Below, piece by piece: positions 60,886-64,000 of a DNA stretch of 64,000 nucleotides. Made by a program: the position numbers and the translations under genes. The stretch's first letter is position 1, and each line of letters opens with the position of its first letter. The notes under the pieces are model-generated. The model worked only from the letters and a program-made list of their open reading frames with translations, was not told where the DNA came from and did no database searches. The DNA is taken from the NCBI GenBank assembly GCA_009602725.1, contig WELB01000016.1, positions 807,790-871,789 of the forward strand, in the 5' to 3' direction. This stretch comes from Spirogloea muscicola. Its lineage: Eukaryota.

Positions 60886-62520
60886 GAACATCTCTTGCCA
60901 GCTCATATTTCTTTATCCAATCAATTACTTGGTGGGGATAGTGGCTGTAAGCAAAAGTTGTATTTGTACAATGACATGAAATCATTGATGGTTGTCAAGG
61001 ACAACAATGTGACAGGGTTGTATTTGTAAAATGACTATGAAATTACCTGAAAAATCACAGACTTGTACGTTTCAGCATGAATGACCTGGCTGCCATTGAT
61101 GGTCGTGAAGGACCACAGTGTGCTGCGGTGTTGTGCATTCGGTTGTTACCTTGGGATATCAGCCTTGTTAGGTGCTGGTCATTTTCAGTAATGGTTGATG
61201 CACGCTGATTGTGCAGGGCATTGCACAAACGTGCAATTGTGCAATGCAGGACATTGTGGCACAATCAGGTCGTAGAAATTCTTTGAAAACAGAATTCACA
61301 TTAAATTGACTATGTACTCATGGCCTTGCCTTTTCAGCCGCTATTTGCAGAAGGAGAGTGCGTGCTTCTCAGGAGGTTGCAGCAAGAAGCTCTCGCTTGA
61401 CCACTTCGCGATGTCCACAACTCCCTGCTATGGTCTGCATCAATGAGCCACTGTCCCCTTACACCATTGTGTTGTTCTGACAGGTCTCAGGAGGTCGCAG
61501 ACAAGCAGCCCCTAGCTTGACTCAAAGTGCGTTCAGCTCCCAATTTGAGGTTGGAGTGGCAGCCTGTCTCCATGTGGTAGGATGGTCGAGTGTCGGTTTC
61601 ACTGACTACAACACACCAACTGATTTTGGGTATTGTTACTGACAGCAAGCACATGGAGAAGCACGTTGCGTGATCGCGACTTCCTCACAATGCATGCAGT
61701 TGCGCCCTGTGAATTTTGTCAGGAGTGGATGAGCAACCTGTGTCCACATCCACAGTCGCTTCGGGCAATCAAAGACACAGAAAGGACCAGTGAGGACAAC
61801 CTTCAGTGCCTGCATAAGGGTCTGCAGACGACGATGTCAGCAGTGATGCTTGGGTTGCTCTAGGGGTTATCAGGATGAATCAGAGCTTACTCTAGCGGCA
61901 CTCTGACATGGAGAGGGCTGGGCCTGTGCATCCTTGTCTTGTGCTTGTATCAACGTTTACGTCACTGGTTCCCTATACAGCCATGCATTCATGGGGAGCC
62001 AAGAATGCCAAACAAGGTGCTTCAACGTCCTAGACTTGGGCCCATAATTTTCCTTCAAGTGCTTGCTCTAATTCTACAATACTGTATCTTTCTATTCATC
62101 ACCATCTTGCAAATTTGCGGCTGTCACCAATACAGTAATGCCCGAATGCAGCAAGAGCGTCCGCTACCTCTCAGGTGATGTTTAGCTAATGTCCTCAAAT
62201 ACACCATGATATGCAGGGGTAATAGCAGCCATCTTGCCCTCAATACTATTCAATAGACTATCAATGCAAGAGAATGTGCAACATATGGGGCTTAGCCCTG
62301 GAGCCTATAAGTGCGTCTGCCGCTGAGCCGGGTTTCTGGCATCGTCGGGCAGCCCCCATCCTACCGCCCGAACTGCTCGAAAAGCCCGAACAGATAGCCG
62401 AAAAAGCCCTGAAGGCCCGATCAATGGGTGTGACCCACGATGGCCTCTGCTGGAGGCGGCGCGCCTGCACGTCATACCGTCAGCAGGCGCGTCACACCGC
62501 GCGACACCTTGCGCGGCGCC

Positions 62521-62571
62521 CTCGCGCGTCGCACGCGCGTCGCACTCGCGCGTCGCACGCGCGTCGCACTC
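62521..62571. repeat. CG-rich minisatellite (CGCGCGTCGCA)x4
   Basis: ctcgcgcgtcgcacgcgcgtcgcactcgcgcgtcgcacgcgcgtcgcact. Confidence 0.8.
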
Positions 62572-64000
62572 ATCAGTCGCGTGTGCGTCAGTGATCAGCG
62601 CTTAACTCGAAGCTAAGCGTCCCATAACGGCGGGGACGTTACACTCAGGCAGCTCGCCCACCAAGTTTCTGTGTCATTGCTGGCCCACGTCCCGCGCTGC
62701 TGCTGCTCACAACACGCAGCAGCTGCCTTCAGTGCAAGTGCGACACAGCATTGGCATGCAGTTGCAGAGGATTGATTTCGCCAAGCCGCAAGTTGGCCTA
62801 ATCTGTTTGCTGACCCATAGCATACAGCCTGAATACCTGGATTGCAAAACCCCCAGATTGGCTGTCTTCCTCTTCAGGCCCTTTCTGGCCTTGTTGTTGA
62901 ATACTTGACAAGTAGCAGGCTTGATCAGAAGCGTGTATGACAAAGCCCTGCCTAACTGCTGCTATTGTCGGGAATCTATCGACCACTTCTTCAATTACGT
63001 GCAATGGAGATTGTTGCAAGCTGTAGAGGCATCAAGCAATGACTACAGTTCTTAGGTCGACAGTTAACGGCCGTTGACAATATCATCTCAAGTGTTGTGC
63101 CTACTGGCCGGCATCTGTAGCATCAAGTGGCCAGAGTGGCTGTGATCATATTAACTGACCACATCTTGCTTCACCTTTGGAAGTCGTGATGTACACCTTA
63201 GGACACTTGGGATAGACTAGGCACATATATCTATCTTCAGAACGGCAAGCTTTGCTAAGCTCACGACTCCTTGAGCGCCAATGCAGTGCCACAGTGAGGA
63301 CAATTGGCAACACAGCAAGCTTGAGGCATTAGGTTCGCGCATAAGGAATGGTGATGGCACTTATTACGCAGCAGTGCTCCTACGGGCGTGGAGCCAGCAC
63401 CTCTTGTTCTGGTGAACTGGTGATCCAACAATCTTTTGTTGGTTCCACGGGTTCACTGGTTGAAAGGATTAGGGGTTGTAAGGGTTCTACAACATACGTT
63501 GCTCAAGAAGTAGGAGGTGGGCATCCACTTGGACTTTAGCCAAGTGCTTGCGCCAGCAAGGCCCGCACTGGTGGGTGTAATCGTCAAAGCATCTCATTGC
63601 AAAAGCCCTTAAAATCAAGCTATTGGTTGCAATAACGCTTTGCCGTGCACGTGCAGAAGCAGGCAAGCAAACTTGGAAACCTGCGCTACAGGGGCTACAA
63701 ACAAGTCACGCCAAACTGAGTTGCAAGTACAGTGTCCCTTGCTGCATGGGCCGCAGCACTCCCAGGCGGCTGCACTGGGAACCTCATGGCATGCTCGTTG
63801 CAAAAAACTCGACAACCTCAAGCAGCCCATGTATTCAAGAACCTAACTATAGATGCAAACAGCAAGTGCAAGCAGAGGGAGCACGGAATCAAGATGACCT
63901 GCATCTCTCTTGTTATCAAATGACTTTGAAAGCATTGCAAGACTGTAAAGCATCGCTGTAGTTAGCTGATTTTGAATGCATATACAGGTACTCACAAATA

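Overview
GC-rich, intron-rich nuclear DNA of a green-lineage eukaryote, most likely a streptophyte alga. This is inferred from a land-plant-type GGP uORF, a U12 AT-AC intron, a two-module plastid Ddl and an LRX-type LRR gene. The window is a draft assembly with N gaps padded by artefactual poly-A next to (GCC)n runs. Recognisable genes are SRP9 (exon 1 only), mitoribosomal mS35, a full four-module PHYLLO (MenF-MenD-MenC-MenH), TRAPPC2/TRS20, a NOT4-like low-complexity protein, GDP-L-galactose phosphorylase (VTC2/GGP), an extensin-less LRX-type LRR protein, COG1 and D-Ala-D-Ala ligase. Intergenic and intronic DNA is full of 5'-truncated pieces of one RLE-type (CRE-like) non-LTR retrotransposon family. 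Its ORF ends in ...LTRGY*, it has a 3' stem-loop and TTC tail, it makes 8-10 bp TSDs, and it repeatedly nests antisense into itself. The most interesting observations are an apparently AUG-initiated version of the ascorbate-feedback uORF, a ~215-nt pre-miRNA-like foldback with strand-specific G-U wobble bias, the self-nesting retroelement, the LRX-like gene, the minor intron and a small atp1 NUMT. All calls come from manual reading and recalled family motifs; no searches were run.
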